Assembly: GCA_012295275.1 (NCBI GenBank)
Contig: CM022673.1
Location: 7,440,001 to 7,504,000, forward strand
Source: Chrysomallon squamiferum
Lineage: Eukaryota > Animalia > Mollusca
Length of the DNA stretch: 64,000 bases
Direction: 5' to 3'
The translations under genes were made by a program, and so were the position numbers. This document shows, one piece after another, positions 1-15,436 of this stretch. The notes beneath the pieces were generated by a model. The model did no database searches and was not told where the DNA came from. It saw only the letters and a list, made by a program, of their open reading frames with translations. Numbering within the stretch: the first letter of the stretch is position 1; every line of letters begins with the position of its first letter.

Positions 1-966
1 ATTTAGCGTAATTCTCACCCACGGGTGCAGCTAAATACGACTGACTTGCATTCAGAGTTTGAAGAGATCTTATTAATATTTATTATAGTTTAATTCAAAT
101 TCGTTTCTTATTTCTTAGAGTTTCAAATGTCTTTGGTTCTCAGCGTTTATATAGCAGTATTGATATTTCAAACCCCCGAAGTGATAACATAAGCAAAAAG
201 GCAGGAAGAGTAAATGTCATATAAATATATAAAAAAATATAATAAAAAAATAATATAAAAAAATAGAAATAAATAAATAAATAAATAAATAAAATAATAA
301 TAATAATAATAAAAACAATATTCCATTATATAAAATAAGGTACTGTAAATCAATCAATAAATCAGTCAATAAATAAATAAATAAATAAATAAGTAGAATC
401 AGTAATTGAAACAGATGCAATAATTTAAAGAAAAGAAGCAATACACACACACACAAACGCACGTGCGCGCACACACACACAAACACACACACATACATAC
501 ACAGACAAGAAAATCGAATAATAAAATAAAATAAAATAAACAAAAACAAAAACCTGACCTCACCAATCTTTATACAAAACCATAGCTTAGTACATATTTC
601 TAACATGTTGTCAAATAATTTTAATAGTTGAAAAAAAATGAAAAAAATCAATAGTTTTGTCATATATGCCTATTATATAAGTTAAGTTTTATATATATTG
701 CTGAACAGAAGGAGCATTGACATACTGACTGCAACACACGGCAATTTATGTCACAAAATCTTTTAAACCTTACTAAGAAAATAAATATTTAAACTAATAT
801 AAAAGTCAGAGTAACGAAAAAACAAACAAAGCATTAAACAAATAGAAGTTCTCAAAGTCTGATTTAATAAAACACGAAAACACAATGGCAGTAAATAGTC
901 GCGTGATTTAACAGCTGAAAAATAAATCAGTTTAATTTGTAGTCAATAAAATAAAGTAAATAAACT

Positions 967-1001
<35 letters not shown>

Positions 1002-1072
1002 AATGTTAAAATATCTTCTAATTTCTTATCTTTGCAGTTTCAATATAATCTCGGTTATCTGTGAATTTGGAG

Positions 1073-1103
<31 letters not shown>

Positions 1104-1967
1104 TTTTTTTTACTAATTTCTGATATTGCAATTTTTTTTTACTTTTTCTTTTTTTGGTATTTCGGAAAACGGGGTTTATTACTATTTATAACTTAATGTA
1201 TTAGAAAATATTTGTTATGTGCAAAATGCTACGACAACAGTCTTAAATTTTACTTTAATTTAATATATAAATTAGGGAATATTGGTGCATTATTACGTCG
1301 TGAACATGGAACATAAATTTTAATTTTTGGGGAATATTGATGTATATAACAAGTTCATATTAAGTTCCAGCCTATAACTCATATACAGCGAATCTAGACT
1401 TTACATCAGATAAAACTGGTGTAAATATATTACTGCTTGAAGAACTGTTGTAACTACACAATGAAATCTAGTATTGCTATCATATATTAGATTATTCTAT
1501 TAGATTACGTAAACTTACAGTTCATACTCTAATACCACTGTTAATATAAATACTAATATAATTATTATTCCTACTGAGAATATTATTAATTCTGGTTTTA
1601 CTTCTGTATTTACTTCTACAATTTATGTCATTAAAAAGTCTGCTTGTTGTAAAGTTGTAGTAGAACTTTTAGTAGTTCCAAAGTTGTAGTAGTTGTCGAT
1701 GGTGTAGTAGTAGTAGTAGTAGTACCATTAGTAGTAGTAGTTGTTGATGTTCTAGTAGTAGTAGTAGTAGTGCCATAACTGCTGATATTACAATAACGAA
1801 TACCAATAACACGGATTTTCTTACTTTTGCTAGAACATCTACAACTAAATAGCTATTATTATTATTACTAATAATAATAATAATATTTATTTATTTATTT
1901 TACACACACGCACACACACACACACACACATGCACATGCACACACACACACACACATATAAATACAT

Positions 1968-1998
<31 letters not shown>

Positions 1999-2569
1999 TT
2001 TGCCTGTTTGCTTGTTTCCTTTGTTTCCATTCGCGAGCACTTGTCAAGTTAATTGTGTACGACAGGGTTCTTGCCCAGCGTCATTAAGTGTATTCTCCGA
2101 ACAGGATAATACCGGGAATTAACAAACAAAAAATACACATACACATATATTGAATATCACTTCCACTGGGTAACCCTTAATAAAATCATTGACAGTGTTT
2201 CAGTTTTGTTATGTTATCTAACATAAATTAGTTAAAGAACTTTTAATCTACCCGTTTTATATCCACACGCTATTATTTTTTTATTTTTTTTCGAACTCGA
2301 AAATTTAATTTAAATTCAGGTATAGCAAGCAATAAAAAATGAATTAAACTTCCACTATATTCATTTATTTATGCAACAATAAAATCAGCCTTGGAAGGTT
2401 CATAAATATGTATATGTTTTGTTTCTCCCTTTTATCAGTGTCTGTTGTTTTTGTTGTGAATACTTTTTTTTTTCTTCTTTTTTTTTCACTTTCTTTAATG
2501 TTGTTTTTCTTCTAATATTTAATCTGTTACTTCATTTGTCTTGTCAGTTTTTTGTTGTCTTGGTATTAC

Positions 2570-2723
<154 letters not shown>

Positions 2724-3249
2724 AAATGAGAAAATTAACCAGTCTAACAAAAGAATCGTAACAACTGTCAAGGGTAATAATTATGTGTATGTAACTCGGG
2801 AGTTTCCGATGATCAATGCTAACTGAAATCGCGGGTATGCTGCGGTGCATAATGCAAGACCGGAGTTAATTTCCAACACTTGATATCGCGTGTAACAGGT
2901 TGTAGTCTAACGATGTTTTCTCGCTGTGAAATGTTTTATTTGCGAACGCCAATGATAAAGGACTATATTGTTACCGTGCGTTAAAAAGTCATCATGGTAA
3001 TGTTTGTTTCCATTGTAGTTATTATTATTATTGGTTATCTTATGAATGTTATTATTATTATGATGATGATGATGATGATTACGATTATTATTGTTATTAC
3101 TATTATTATTATCATCATCATCATCATTAGTAATAATACTAGCTGTTGTTGTTCTTATTGTTTTTGTTGTTTTACTTCTTTGTATCAACACCAGTATTGT
3201 TCGTTCATTCATTGTTATCATTATCAAAGAATCATTCTTTCTACTTTTC

Positions 3250-3327
<78 letters not shown>

Positions 3328-4321
3328 TTGTTTATTATTATTATTATTATTATTTACTTACTTACCCTTTTTTATTTAATTTTTTATTTTTATTTTTTTT
3401 TTATTTTTCAATTTTTATTGTACTATAACATTTTCAACTCTTTAAGCGAGTCCAGTTTGGGGGTGTTACAAATTTAATTTGATCTTTATGAACTCCGCAA
3501 AAGGGGTCAGCCATTTCGGTTATACTTTGTTCTGTTAAATCGTCCTAATAAACAGCCTATTTAATATCAATTAGCCATTACACAAACAACAGCCAGTGAA
3601 TCTTGTAAATCTTTAAACACAACATCCGCGTCGTCTTACAGCGACAAAAATAAACAAAGGCTGTCGTAGTTGCTGTAAAACACGCGCACCGAAAAAAAGA
3701 AAGAAAAGAACGTGATAGTTAATATAATTTTAAACCATTGAACAAATAGTTTTGTTTAGGGGTTGTATTTGAATTTTTTTTTTTTTTTTTTTTTTTTTTG
3801 ACGGTCAGTTTGACCCTTGTAGTAGCCACAGAGAGCACCTGTCCGGATTATGATGTCCAGTTGAGTAAATTGTAAATAATTTGTATCAACTGGATTAGCG
3901 ATTTTTTTTTTTTTCAAATGACTAGTTAAGGAAATTATTTTGATAAGCTTAAATAGCTAAAGGCTGGTGTAATTGCAAGGTGTTGACGTATAATGAAATC
4001 TGTACGTTCTAAACCAAGTATGTCCATACAGGCTATATTGTTAGTTATTGTGAATATAAAAAACAACTTCTGGATGTCTTGCAGTTTACAACTTGATAGT
4101 AATGAGATCGCCTCATGTTGTTCTTTTTGCACATTTCATTACTACTACTACTACTGCTTCTGCTGCTGCTATTACAACGACTACCACTATTATTATTATT
4201 GTTGTTGTTGTTGTTGTTGTTGTTATTATTATGTCTTATTAGTTTTATTTTTCCTATTTATTACTGTTGTTGTTGTTATCATTTATTATTATTATCGTCA
4301 TCATCATCATCATTATTGTTG

Positions 4322-4380
<59 letters not shown>

Positions 4381-5167
4381 GAAATTGACAGTCACCATCA
4401 AAATCAATCATCTTCATTGTCATATTATCATCATTATTAATATAATTGTTATTGTCATATCAAAATATTACGAACGACAGCTAATTGTTTGGGGTTTTAT
4501 TATTAGTATAATCTCTTTTATTTATTTATTTATTTAAAAAAAAATTAAATACTGGGTCGCTCAGGAAAAAAGAAATATATATACACATATAAAGGAATGG
4601 ACGTAATCATGACTAAATACTGACATATTCAGATAAAGTATGTAAACATTTTTATAGTTTAATTTTATTTTTTAAAGTTTTATTTTTTATTTTTTTATTT
4701 ATTTATTATTTATTTTTTAATGAATGAATGAAAGAATCAAAGAAAAGAAAAAAGAAGGCACGTCTATTAAATGTATAGCCTTTATGATTTGGACTCACTG
4801 TACTTGTGTGTAGCGATAAAAAAAAATAAAAAAAATAAAGGTAACAATAAAATAAGAAGAAGAAGAAGAATTTTATGGGAACAAACCCTCTAACACATAT
4901 CATCTCTAGCAAGCACTGTCAGTATTAAATGTTTTATATCGGGTCATTTCTATTAAATATTTTTTTTGCAAAAGCCGTGCCGAGAACAGCATTAAAATGG
5001 AATCAAATCAATAAACTGGACTTAAGTCACCCTCGAGTTTGAAACCCAACCGGGTTAGCAACAAAACACAAAGTTGTAATTGTGAGCGAAACCACTCGTT
5101 ACTACTAACAATTGCTGTCAAATCGGGAGAAGAATTTAAAAAAAAAAATTGAAAAAAAAAAAACACA

Positions 5168-5202
<35 letters not shown>

Positions 5203-6649
5203 AAACACGTCGCAAGAATAAATAATTTCGCTTCCTTTCATGGTTACACTTGCGCATATAAATGAATGGTGAAGTATTGCATATGTGTTTATGGCTCATC
5301 TGAAAAGACCCCAGTCACTTTTAAACTGTATATGTTAATAATGTCGTGTATCGGGTTCCATCGCTTCTGCACGCATGTAAATGTAACTTTTTGATAACTC
5401 CACTTTAAAGGGAATTGGGTTTTGATGATCCCTTTGTGGAGACCGTTACATGAAAGAAGAGAACGAATGTTCCAAAAAGCACTCTGGCGCTGCCTTTCTT
5501 TGTTCCTGCCTTGTTAGTAGGTTTTGTCTGAGTTTTTTTTTTTTTTTTTTATATATTTTTTTTATATAACTTTCATTTTTCGAATTCAGGGTATGTTTGT
5601 TTGTGTGTGTGTGTGCGTGCGTGCGTATGTGTCTCTGTGTGCTTGTGTGTACATATACAGATGTATGTATATACAAATAGACATACTCGCATAAATGGAT
5701 TGATAGATCATACACACATTTGTAACATCAAAACAACACATGTACATGTTTATGTACTTCACAAAAACTTTTGATGACTTTTTTAATTTCAAATTAAATC
5801 AAAGGTATTAAATATATATATATAATTAAGTTAATTATGTTTCGCTTTTATTTCTTTTTATTATGTACATCCAAACCAATGACAAAAAAAGCAAAGAGCA
5901 GCAACACTAACAATAATTATCATTATCACATGCACATATACACACACACGCACACATAAGTAAGCCAAATTTTGAGATAAATCTATTGGACTAACATATG
6001 CCACATTTCTAACTTATGAAATATAATTAATCGGTTATTAATTAATACTTTTATACTGACAGAAATATTTGGCCTTTTCTAGAATAACAATATTCTAAAA
6101 TAAATAAATAAATAAAAAAATACATGTTTTTTTCGTCCGACTGGTGTGTATGTGTAGCTGCTTCCTTTCTTTCTTTTTTTTGTTTCTTATCTTTTTTTTT
6201 CTAGTCATAAATAAAATGTTTTCTATTTTCGAATAAATCGACAAACATTTCACAACACACAAACAAACAAATAAAACAATAAATAAATAAATATAGTTAA
6301 AACTTAGAAAATAAACAAAATACACACTTACGTTTCACTTCGCAGTACACATTTTCCCGTAACGACATTTAATTATGACGTCATTTATGTTTATATCCGA
6401 TAATTCTTGACATAATAATAGGTCTGTCAATATTTATAACTTTATTCGCTTTTTAACTGCTATAAAAGAAGAAGAAGAGAAAGAAAAAGGTAAGATATGT
6501 GATTTTGTTTTTCCAGCTGTTCTTTTTTATGTTATTTATCGATAACACTGAAGTTAGTGTCATTTCTTTTGTTCAGGAAAAATTATATGTTTCTAATACA
6601 ACAGAAAACCTTATTAGTAATAACAATTCCTTTCTCCTCATTTAAATTG

Positions 6650-6680
<31 letters not shown>

Positions 6681-8569
6681 TCGTTTTTTATTATTATTAT
6701 TTTATTATTTAAAAAAAAAAAATAATAATATTAAAATAAAACCGCAGATGTATGATCGTTACAACATACGAACATCCAATTAATCAATCATCAACAAACA
6801 AGCACTTAGTTATTTGATAAATGTGCTCGCACATGAATAATCAACAAATTGCCCCCCCCCCCCAAACAGATGCGGCGGCCGAGAGGGCCAGGACAATTGG
6901 TCAGCGAAAAGCTTTTTAAATTCTTTGCTTTAATTTTCTGTTTAATCTAATCAATTTCGGTCCATTACGCCTTAAATGGGACGGCATTGTTGCACAGAAC
7001 GCGGGAAAAGGCACGGGGCACCATGACTGATGTTTTTGTTTTGTTTTTTTTCTTCAGAAGTCGATCTCGTGTCGAGTGCTTTGACAAAACTGAAAACCGC
7101 GAGCGACTTGAAACCGGCGCGACAAATGTCTATCTAGTTCACTTCCACACAGATCAGCGAAATAGCGCCACAATAGGTTCTCAGTGTCATATTTCATATC
7201 ACATCACTTTCACCCTTGGTAAATCTAAAATTGAAGAAATCTGTAAGGATATTTCAATAATAAAAAAAAAAAAACCACATATTTTTCTCCTTTTCAAGTA
7301 CGATCGGATCTTTCGGGGGCGTGTAGCTGCATAATTGGAACATCCCGCCCTTCCCCGAAAAAAAAAAAGACGGACCCATAAAAGTCAGAGTTTTCATTAC
7401 TGTTCATTAAAGCTCATTCTCCATTATGTGTTTGTGGACCCCTCACCCCGAAGTTTGAGAAAGTGATTAATCAATTAGGCCGCTATACCGAAACCTCCCC
7501 ACATTCGTACAGGCTGCTCGGCTCGTATGTTCGGCGGAGTTACGTTCAATCCGAAATGTAAACTCGAGTGCGCTGAATTGTTTCCGGACAACAGTCGAAT
7601 TGTACGTGTTTTCGGAAAAGCGAACGAACGACTGTCAGGTTAATGTAGGTTAGGCCTAATCGAGAAAAATGACCACAAAAGACCCTTCAAAACCAAACGA
7701 AACTTCAGTGTTTTTGTTCGGGCGGAAGGTCGGGCCAGACGTCTTTAGGAAATAATTATTGGAGTTGACAGAAGCTGAACCCATTCTTCTTAGTTACTGA
7801 AATACGCACATGTATCTGACCCACATATTATTTAATAATTATAAAATTATTGACGCATGTAAGTTACCCATTCACAGTGCACACATACATAAATACATAC
7901 ATACCAACATACATACACACACATACATACGTACATACATTTATACATAGATAAATACATACATATATAAAAGTATGCATTGTACATATAAACATACAAG
8001 TTACATTTAACTGAAACAAGCGACAATGGTCTATTTTTTGAAAAATACATACCTCTTTATTATATTATATTATATTATATTATATTATATTATATTATAT
8101 TATATTATATTATATTATATTAACAAAACTGACCTGAATGTAACATGTTGTGCTCTTTTTTATATTTTCAAAAAATAGACCGGAGCAACGCACTAAACTT
8201 TTTCGGTTACAGGGAACTTTTATTGTTAGCACCGATTATTCGAGCACATGACTACCTATGTCAAAACCGACGACAAAAAGCAAAAAAATTGTAGATTTGA
8301 CAAGTTTGACAAGAAAAAGTGGGTTTATACAGTTTTATATGATCTTTTTATCTCAGAACTAGCAATAAAAGAAACAAAACAAAAAAATCGTAAAAATATT
8401 AAGTAAACCTTTTGATAATAAGGGTAGACGTAAGCTGTAAGATTACCAAACTTTAATTGTTTTCCACTCACCATGTTATAACAGTTCATATCGATTTTAA
8501 ATTTAATAAGAAACAGAATAATATACTCTTTTTTTATTCAGTATTTTGTGATTAAATCAAAAATGAAAT

Positions 8570-8661
<92 letters not shown>

Positions 8662-9520
8662 CAAAAATAATAATAATAATAAATTAATAAAATTAAATTA
8701 TCAGTAAATTAAATTAAGCTAACAAATAAATAAAATAAATAAATACATAAAATTAAATTAAATTAAATTAAATTAAATAGATAAAACAAAAGCATCGACC
8801 ACCAAAATGGTTGTTAAATCAATCATGAAAGGACGATTTCATTTTGCGACTTTCGGAACTGAATATTGTCTAAATATCGGTTTCATGCTACAGTTAGTTA
8901 TTTCTATAACACGATCAGTTCATTTGCTAATATCGCGACATTGTCGGGCCAATAAAGTGGCGGCAGGAACTGACACTTATGTCATTTGGAAAAGTCTTTA
9001 AGACACATCAAGGAATCTATTGCCTCTGCTTGACAACGCCTCAAGATCGGTCAATAAGAGCGCGAAGAAAATTAGTCCCAGCCTGTCAGAATCGATATTT
9101 TTGTCTTTGTGAAGCCATAATCTTTAAGCATTAAGACAATATTGCCTTAGAAGTTGTCAAAAACACTCGGTGCTCGTCCATAAGTTTCTAACAACGAGCT
9201 AATTTAGATACTCACCTCTTTATTGCGCTGATGATAATCTTTTATTAAATTCCTCCCTTCGGGCGATGCGCACTCCAGTCTGCAGTCAAGTGAACGGAAT
9301 GTCTCGGTAAAATGAATGTTTTGTCCGCGCTAATGACACGATAAACTAGAAACGATGAGATTTTATGCCTTCGTGCCGGAGAATAACGATAGACAAAAAC
9401 AGATGGGCTAGACCCGACTGAAAATAAGAACAATACATCAAAATTAATCTGAAAACATCGGTCGCCCGAAGAAGAAGAATAAGGGAAAAATAAACACGGA
9501 TGATTAATGGTCTCTCCTTG

Positions 9521-9553
<33 letters not shown>

Positions 9554-10141
9554 AACGTTTTTAAACATTTGCGAATATCATTTTTATTCGATTATCGTTA
9601 AGTTATATTTGTATTACTAGCATTTAATATTAAATGATATATTCCATCTGGACTTTGATTACAAGGAATTGAATACGGCAGTAAATTGGACACAGGGTTG
9701 AATTCATTGAAAATTAGTTAACTAATTTATGGTGAGAAAAAGGTTTTCGTTTATTAATGTTATAAATATCTAATATCATTTATTTGCATTTATTTATTTA
9801 TATACTTACGTAGTTATTTATTTATTTATTTATATATATATTTATTTATTTTATTTCATTTTATTACAGCTTTGTTATGCATTGTTTTCTTACTAACTTA
9901 ATTACTTAGCTATTTGTCGCAGTCTTCGAAATTAATTATTAAATTATTATATTTTCACGTCTTTTTATTAATTTATTTATTTATTTATATGTTTGTTTTA
10001 TTTTTATTTATTTTATTTTATTTTGTTTATTACTTTGCTTCTTTGTTCGTTTGTATTTTGTGTTGTATTTTTTTGTAATTATTTCTTTAAATTTTGTTGT
10101 ACTCTTTTCTTAAACATGCAGTCATAATTATAATTTATTAT

Positions 10142-10173
<32 letters not shown>

Positions 10174-10745
10174 TTCTTTCCGATTACTTCAGCATGTATC
10201 TACTACTATCATTATTTCCCTTATTACAGATATATTTGTAAAATATTTTTACAGTTTCAAAAATCACGCAAATTACGAGCACAGATGACACACGCAGAAG
10301 TATTCTGTTGACACGTCCTGTTTCTGTGACAGCGAATTTGGAATAATGAATTTTAGTTAAATTAGACCAGCATTACTTCACTGAGACGTGAACACACGTT
10401 TAATAAACAGTGTTTCAAATAACAGCTGCATCTTACATGCCAATAAGCAGAGAGGCCCATTCAAGTTAATTGAGTACTTAATTAGTTATTGCTCGTGCGT
10501 GTCTGCGCTTTTATCATTTATGTTTTAAATATTCCTAATGAATAATATGTATATAGCATTGGGAAAATAAAAAAATATCACGGTGGTTTGATTAATAAAA
10601 AATATTTTGCGACTGTTATTACTATTAGTATTATTATTTTTTTTTTTTTTTTTATTTTCATGTTTTTATTTTTTATAAAAGTAATTAATTTTATTAATTT
10701 TGTTATTTTTATTTATTTAATTATATATGCTTATTTATTCCGTAC

Positions 10746-10783
<38 letters not shown>

Positions 10784-10812
10784 AGTTTATTCATTCATTC
10801 ATTAATTCTTTC

Positions 10813-10857
<45 letters not shown>

Positions 10858-11509
10858 TGTCCTTATTTAATTTAATGTTTTATTGAGTTAAAAGCCTAAA
10901 ATCCACTATATAAATAAAAGCGAGTGTGTGTTTGTGACAAAATAGTCTTCAAAGCGATAAATATGAAACTGACTGTGACTGTGACTGGAACTATGATGTC
11001 GGCGAGGACCACTGTGGTGGCAACATCCATATTAGTTGTGTCCAACGTCTTACGTCTTTGGTCAGTCATCTTCAACCAGCTTGCATAATTTATGTTAATT
11101 TTATAACGTTTGGTTAGACGATGTATGTATTTATACAAAATATTATTGGATGTTATGAGAATAAAGAATTACATTTTTATGAATTTCGCGATGGTGTGTG
11201 TGTGTGTGTGGTATGCAGCTCAAAGTATCTTATAGTTATTAATTACATTAGCTCATTAAGAAAAATATTGCAGCAGTTCCACGTCTTAATCTGTTTCTGA
11301 CCAAAGATGTAATCATTTCATTGACGTCATAATCAAATGACGTACATTTTGCGAACCAACAAACACACATGTATTTACATAAATATTATAACTTCCTTAC
11401 TAACTTATTTATTTATTTATTTATTTATTTTATTTTATTTTATTTTATTTTATTTTTATTTTTATTTTTATTTTTTATTTGTTTTTATTGTAACAGTACG
11501 TTTCCGTTG

Positions 11510-11900
11510 CTAATGTAACAATATTTTACGTAAATTATTATTATATTTGCTTTTTATATAACAATATCTTTTTAATTTTATTTTTATTCTATTTTTGTTA
11601 CTATAACAATATCTTCAGGTAAATTATTATTTTTATGCTTCCCTTGTTACTATAAAAATATCTTCACGTAAATTATTATTATTCTATGCTTCCCTTGTTA
11701 CTGTAACAATATTTTCACGTAAATTATGAATGCTGTACGCATCTACAGTTATTAAAACAGCATCTGCAAGTAAATTATTATTAGTCTATGCTTTCATAGT
11801 TACCGTATATTATTATTACTGTTCGATTCTCTAGTTACTATAACAGTATATTCACGTAAATTATTATTACAGTTCGCTTTCTTAGTAACTGTAACAGCAT
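11510..11900. repeat. Degenerate ~50-bp minisatellite (about 7-8 copies)
   Basis: Recurrent CACGTAAATTATTATT...TATGCTTCCCTTGTTACTATAACAATATCTT. Confidence 0.8.
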
Positions 11901-12258
11901 ATGTTCATAAAGTGTCATTACAGAACTCATCCACAGTCAGTGTTAGACAATGTGTGCTCGTAATTTACTGTTATAATACATACCCATAGATATAATAACA
12001 GTATCAGTTCACTTATTAGTGCTAAAAAAAAATAAAAAAACATGTTTGTTTGAATGTTCAGTTACGTGGAAAACTATTAGATTAAAAGGATTACTCAGGT
12101 CAAATTTTAGGGCTTGTGTGCATTTTCAACAATATTAAATGTACATTACAGCATAAAATGAACAATTATGTTGGTGTATTTATTTAATGAAATCTGGTAA
12201 AAATGTGACAGGTGTATTAAATTCTGGTCATAAGCGGTTTTTGTTCTGTGGTGTAAAT

Positions 12259-12273
12259 ACGCCCCCTAGTGAG
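12259..12273 (-). promoter_or_regulatory. Putative CTCF site
   Basis: Minus strand CTCACTAGGGGGCGT closely matches the CTCF core CCACYAGRKGGCR in a very AT-rich context. Confidence 0.5.
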
Positions 12274-12305
12274 TAAGTAGTCAAGCGGTACATAATGAGT
12301 CACAG

Positions 12306-12545
12306 ACAGTTGACGAACGGAGCAGTTAAAGTTTCAAAAATATCAGTACCAGTTTTATAACTGTTATATTTACTTGAAAAATAATATTTATATATTATAG
12401 TTGTTACTATATATTGTTAGTAAATATAACAGTTGACGAACGGAGCAGTTAAAGTTTCAAAAATATCAGTACCAGTTTTATAACTGTTATATTTACTTGA
12501 AAATAATATTTATATATTTATATATTATAGTCGTTACTATATATA
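12306..12545. repeat. Near-perfect tandem duplication, period 123 bp
   Basis: ACAGTTGACGAACGGAGCAGTTAAAGTTTCAAAAATATCAGTACCAG... at 12306 and 12429. Confidence 0.95.
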
Positions 12546-12598
12546 TAAGGTGATACTAAGACACACTCACACACACTCCCACACATATACACACACTG

Positions 12599-12635
<37 letters not shown>

Positions 12636-13422
12636 ATAATATTAACAGTCGTTGTAACTGTAGAAGCAGTAATAGTAGCTAGTAGTAATAGTATTTATGT
12701 TGTTGTAGTATTAGGACTAGTAATAATACTTATGGTAGGTAATAAAAGCTGCAGTAGTTGTAGTTGTAGTGTAGTTGTAGTAGTGATGGTAGTAATATGG
12801 CTGTAGTAGTAGTTGGAGTAGTAATAGTATAGATGGTGGAGTTGGTAGATCAGTGGCAGTAATAATTGTAGTAGTAGTTGGAGTAGTAATAGTATAGATG
12901 GTGGAGTTGGTATAGACGATGGTGGTAGTAATATGGTAGCAATAGTAATAGTAAGTAATAGTAGTAATAGTAGTTGTAGTAGTAGAAGTAGTAATATTAG
13001 CAGCAGTGCTGTAGTCGTGGTAGCAATAGTGATAAGAGTGCTGGTAATGCTGAAGATTGTAGTGGTTGTGGTGGTGGTTGTAGTTGCAGTAAATGTTGTT
13101 AATAGATCGACTATTAACGAACTGTTAAGAATCAGCAAAGAGGGTTTTGTAATTACGTTGTTCGAGCCTTGGCAGACATATTTTTTATTCTTTTTTTTTT
13201 TTTTTTTTTTAAAGAAAACCTTTGATGTATCTGTTTTATGAAATTTTATAATTAGCAGAAAAGAGTGAAAAATATCATTTTAGAATGAATTTAAACATAA
13301 ACAAAAATTACTTTAATAATTCCTTTACAAAAAATATATGAATTCATTAAGACTAAAAATACAGCAAAACCAGATAAATTATAATTATTAAATTATTTTG
13401 TGAATATTTGTTTGTTTTTCTT

Positions 13423-13463
<41 letters not shown>

Positions 13464-14209
13464 TTTTTTTTATTTTTTTTTTTCATTTTCTTTCATTTTT
13501 ATATATTTCATTTCTTCTCCCTATCAAATATATATATATATATATATATTTTATAAACTATTTCTTTATTTATTTTTTCTTTCTTTATTAATTTTTTCTT
13601 TCTTTCTTTCTTTTTTCTTTATTTCTTTATTTCTTTATTTATTTATTGTTTCAACCAAAGCTATGCTTTAAACAAAAATGTCTAACTTATCAGTGATTTT
13701 TCCGGTGACTTTCTACTTAATGACGACGGTGACGATAATGGTATCTATGGTAACTATCACAGCATCAGCTGTGAACGTACGTTCTGACGTGTATTTTTTT
13801 TTTTTTTTGTTATTATTTTTTTTTATTTTTTTTTTTTTTTTTTTGTTATGTTTCTTCTTCAGTTATTATTTGTTTTTGTTAATTAAAGCTTCGCAAGCCA
13901 TCTTAAAATTAATTAAAAACAATTTTCAGGCAACAACCGTCGTGGGTGGCATGTAGAAATCTCCACTCGCAAATATCGCCGGCTTTTCCAAATGGAATGT
14001 CAACACACAGACGACCCTCCTCCTCTCTGGGGTGGGGTATCGCTTGCACGCTGATGTCAGCGCATGACATATTAGCGCCGAATTACCCCCAGAATGATTG
14101 CGTAGTCGTATCCCATTGTGTGAGCAGACGGAGTCACGACGTCTTTAGTTATTGCTTTACTTACTGAAGTGAACTACAAATAGTCAGTAATGCTCAGTTG
14201 ATTTAGTCT

Positions 14210-15090
14210 GCAAACACATTGTGTAGTATGATTTTTATATTACAGACATATTCCAACATTACTTTATTTTATCTAGACTACAAGCATATTCAATAAAAGT
14301 TTATTTTATTTATACAACTAACATATTTTTAGTACTATAGTTACACTACAAACACATTATTTAATATAATAATTACACAACAAACAGATTCTATAATATA
14401 ACATCTATATTACAAACATATTCCATATTACTTTATTTTATTTATACAACTAACATATTTTTTAGTACTATAGTTACACAACAAACAGATCCTATAATAT
14501 AACATCTATATTACAAACATATTCCATATTACTTTATTTTATTTATACTACAAATGTTTTCATGTAATACACAATTTATACTATACTACAAACATGATAT
14601 AATTTAATATATATTACTATATTTAATTTATACTTCAAACGTATTCTATAACATTTTGATTTATTTAAGTAACAAAATATTCTTTAGTATTATATTTATA
14701 TTACAAACACATTCTATAGTACTTTATTTTATTTAGACTACAAACATATTCTATAATACTTTATGTTATGTAGACAACAGTTTCTGTTGTATAATATTTA
14801 GACATTGAACACATTGTACACTGCGTTATTACATTTAAACTATAGACACATTCTATAATACTTTATTTTATTTTACAACAAACACATTATATAATATTTT
14901 ATTAATTTACACTACAAACAAATTCTATAATACTTTACTGATTTTGAATACAAACACATTCTACAGCACTGTATTAATTTGGACCACAAATACATTCTAT
15001 AATACTTTATTAATACTGATCACAAATACATTCTGTAATATTATATTGATTTTAATTAGAAACACATTCTATAGCATTTTATTAATTTCT
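14210..15090. repeat. AT-rich ~30-36-bp degenerate minisatellite with an internal higher-order duplication
   Basis: Repeating TACAAACACATTCTATAATACTTTATTTTATTTA-like unit; the block ACAACAAACAGATTCTATAATATAACATCTATATTACAAACATATTCCATATTAC occurs at about 14377 and about 14478. Confidence 0.85.
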
Positions 15091-15205
15091 AAAGTGCTCT
15101 AATAATTTTGTCTACACATTACTGATGGAGTAATATCGTGTTAGGCAACTTGAAAATATACATGTACTCTGTCTCTTTCTCTGTGTTTCTATCTCTGTTT
15201 CTGTT

Positions 15206-15290
<85 letters not shown>

Positions 15291-15310
15291 GGATCTCTCT
15301 CTCTCTGTTT

Positions 15311-15381
<71 letters not shown>
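15206..15381. repeat. (CT)n microsatellite, interrupted
   Basis: CT run with two GTTTGG interruptions. Confidence 0.95.
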
Positions 15382-15387
<6 letters not shown>

Positions 15388-15405
15388 TTGGATGTTCTTA
15401 TTTGT

Positions 15406-15436
<31 letters not shown>

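Noticed and set aside
11057-11081. Partial resemblance to miR-133 (TTGGTC...CTTCAACCAGCT)
   Set aside because: Seed disrupted and extra bases inserted; no evident precursor hairpin.
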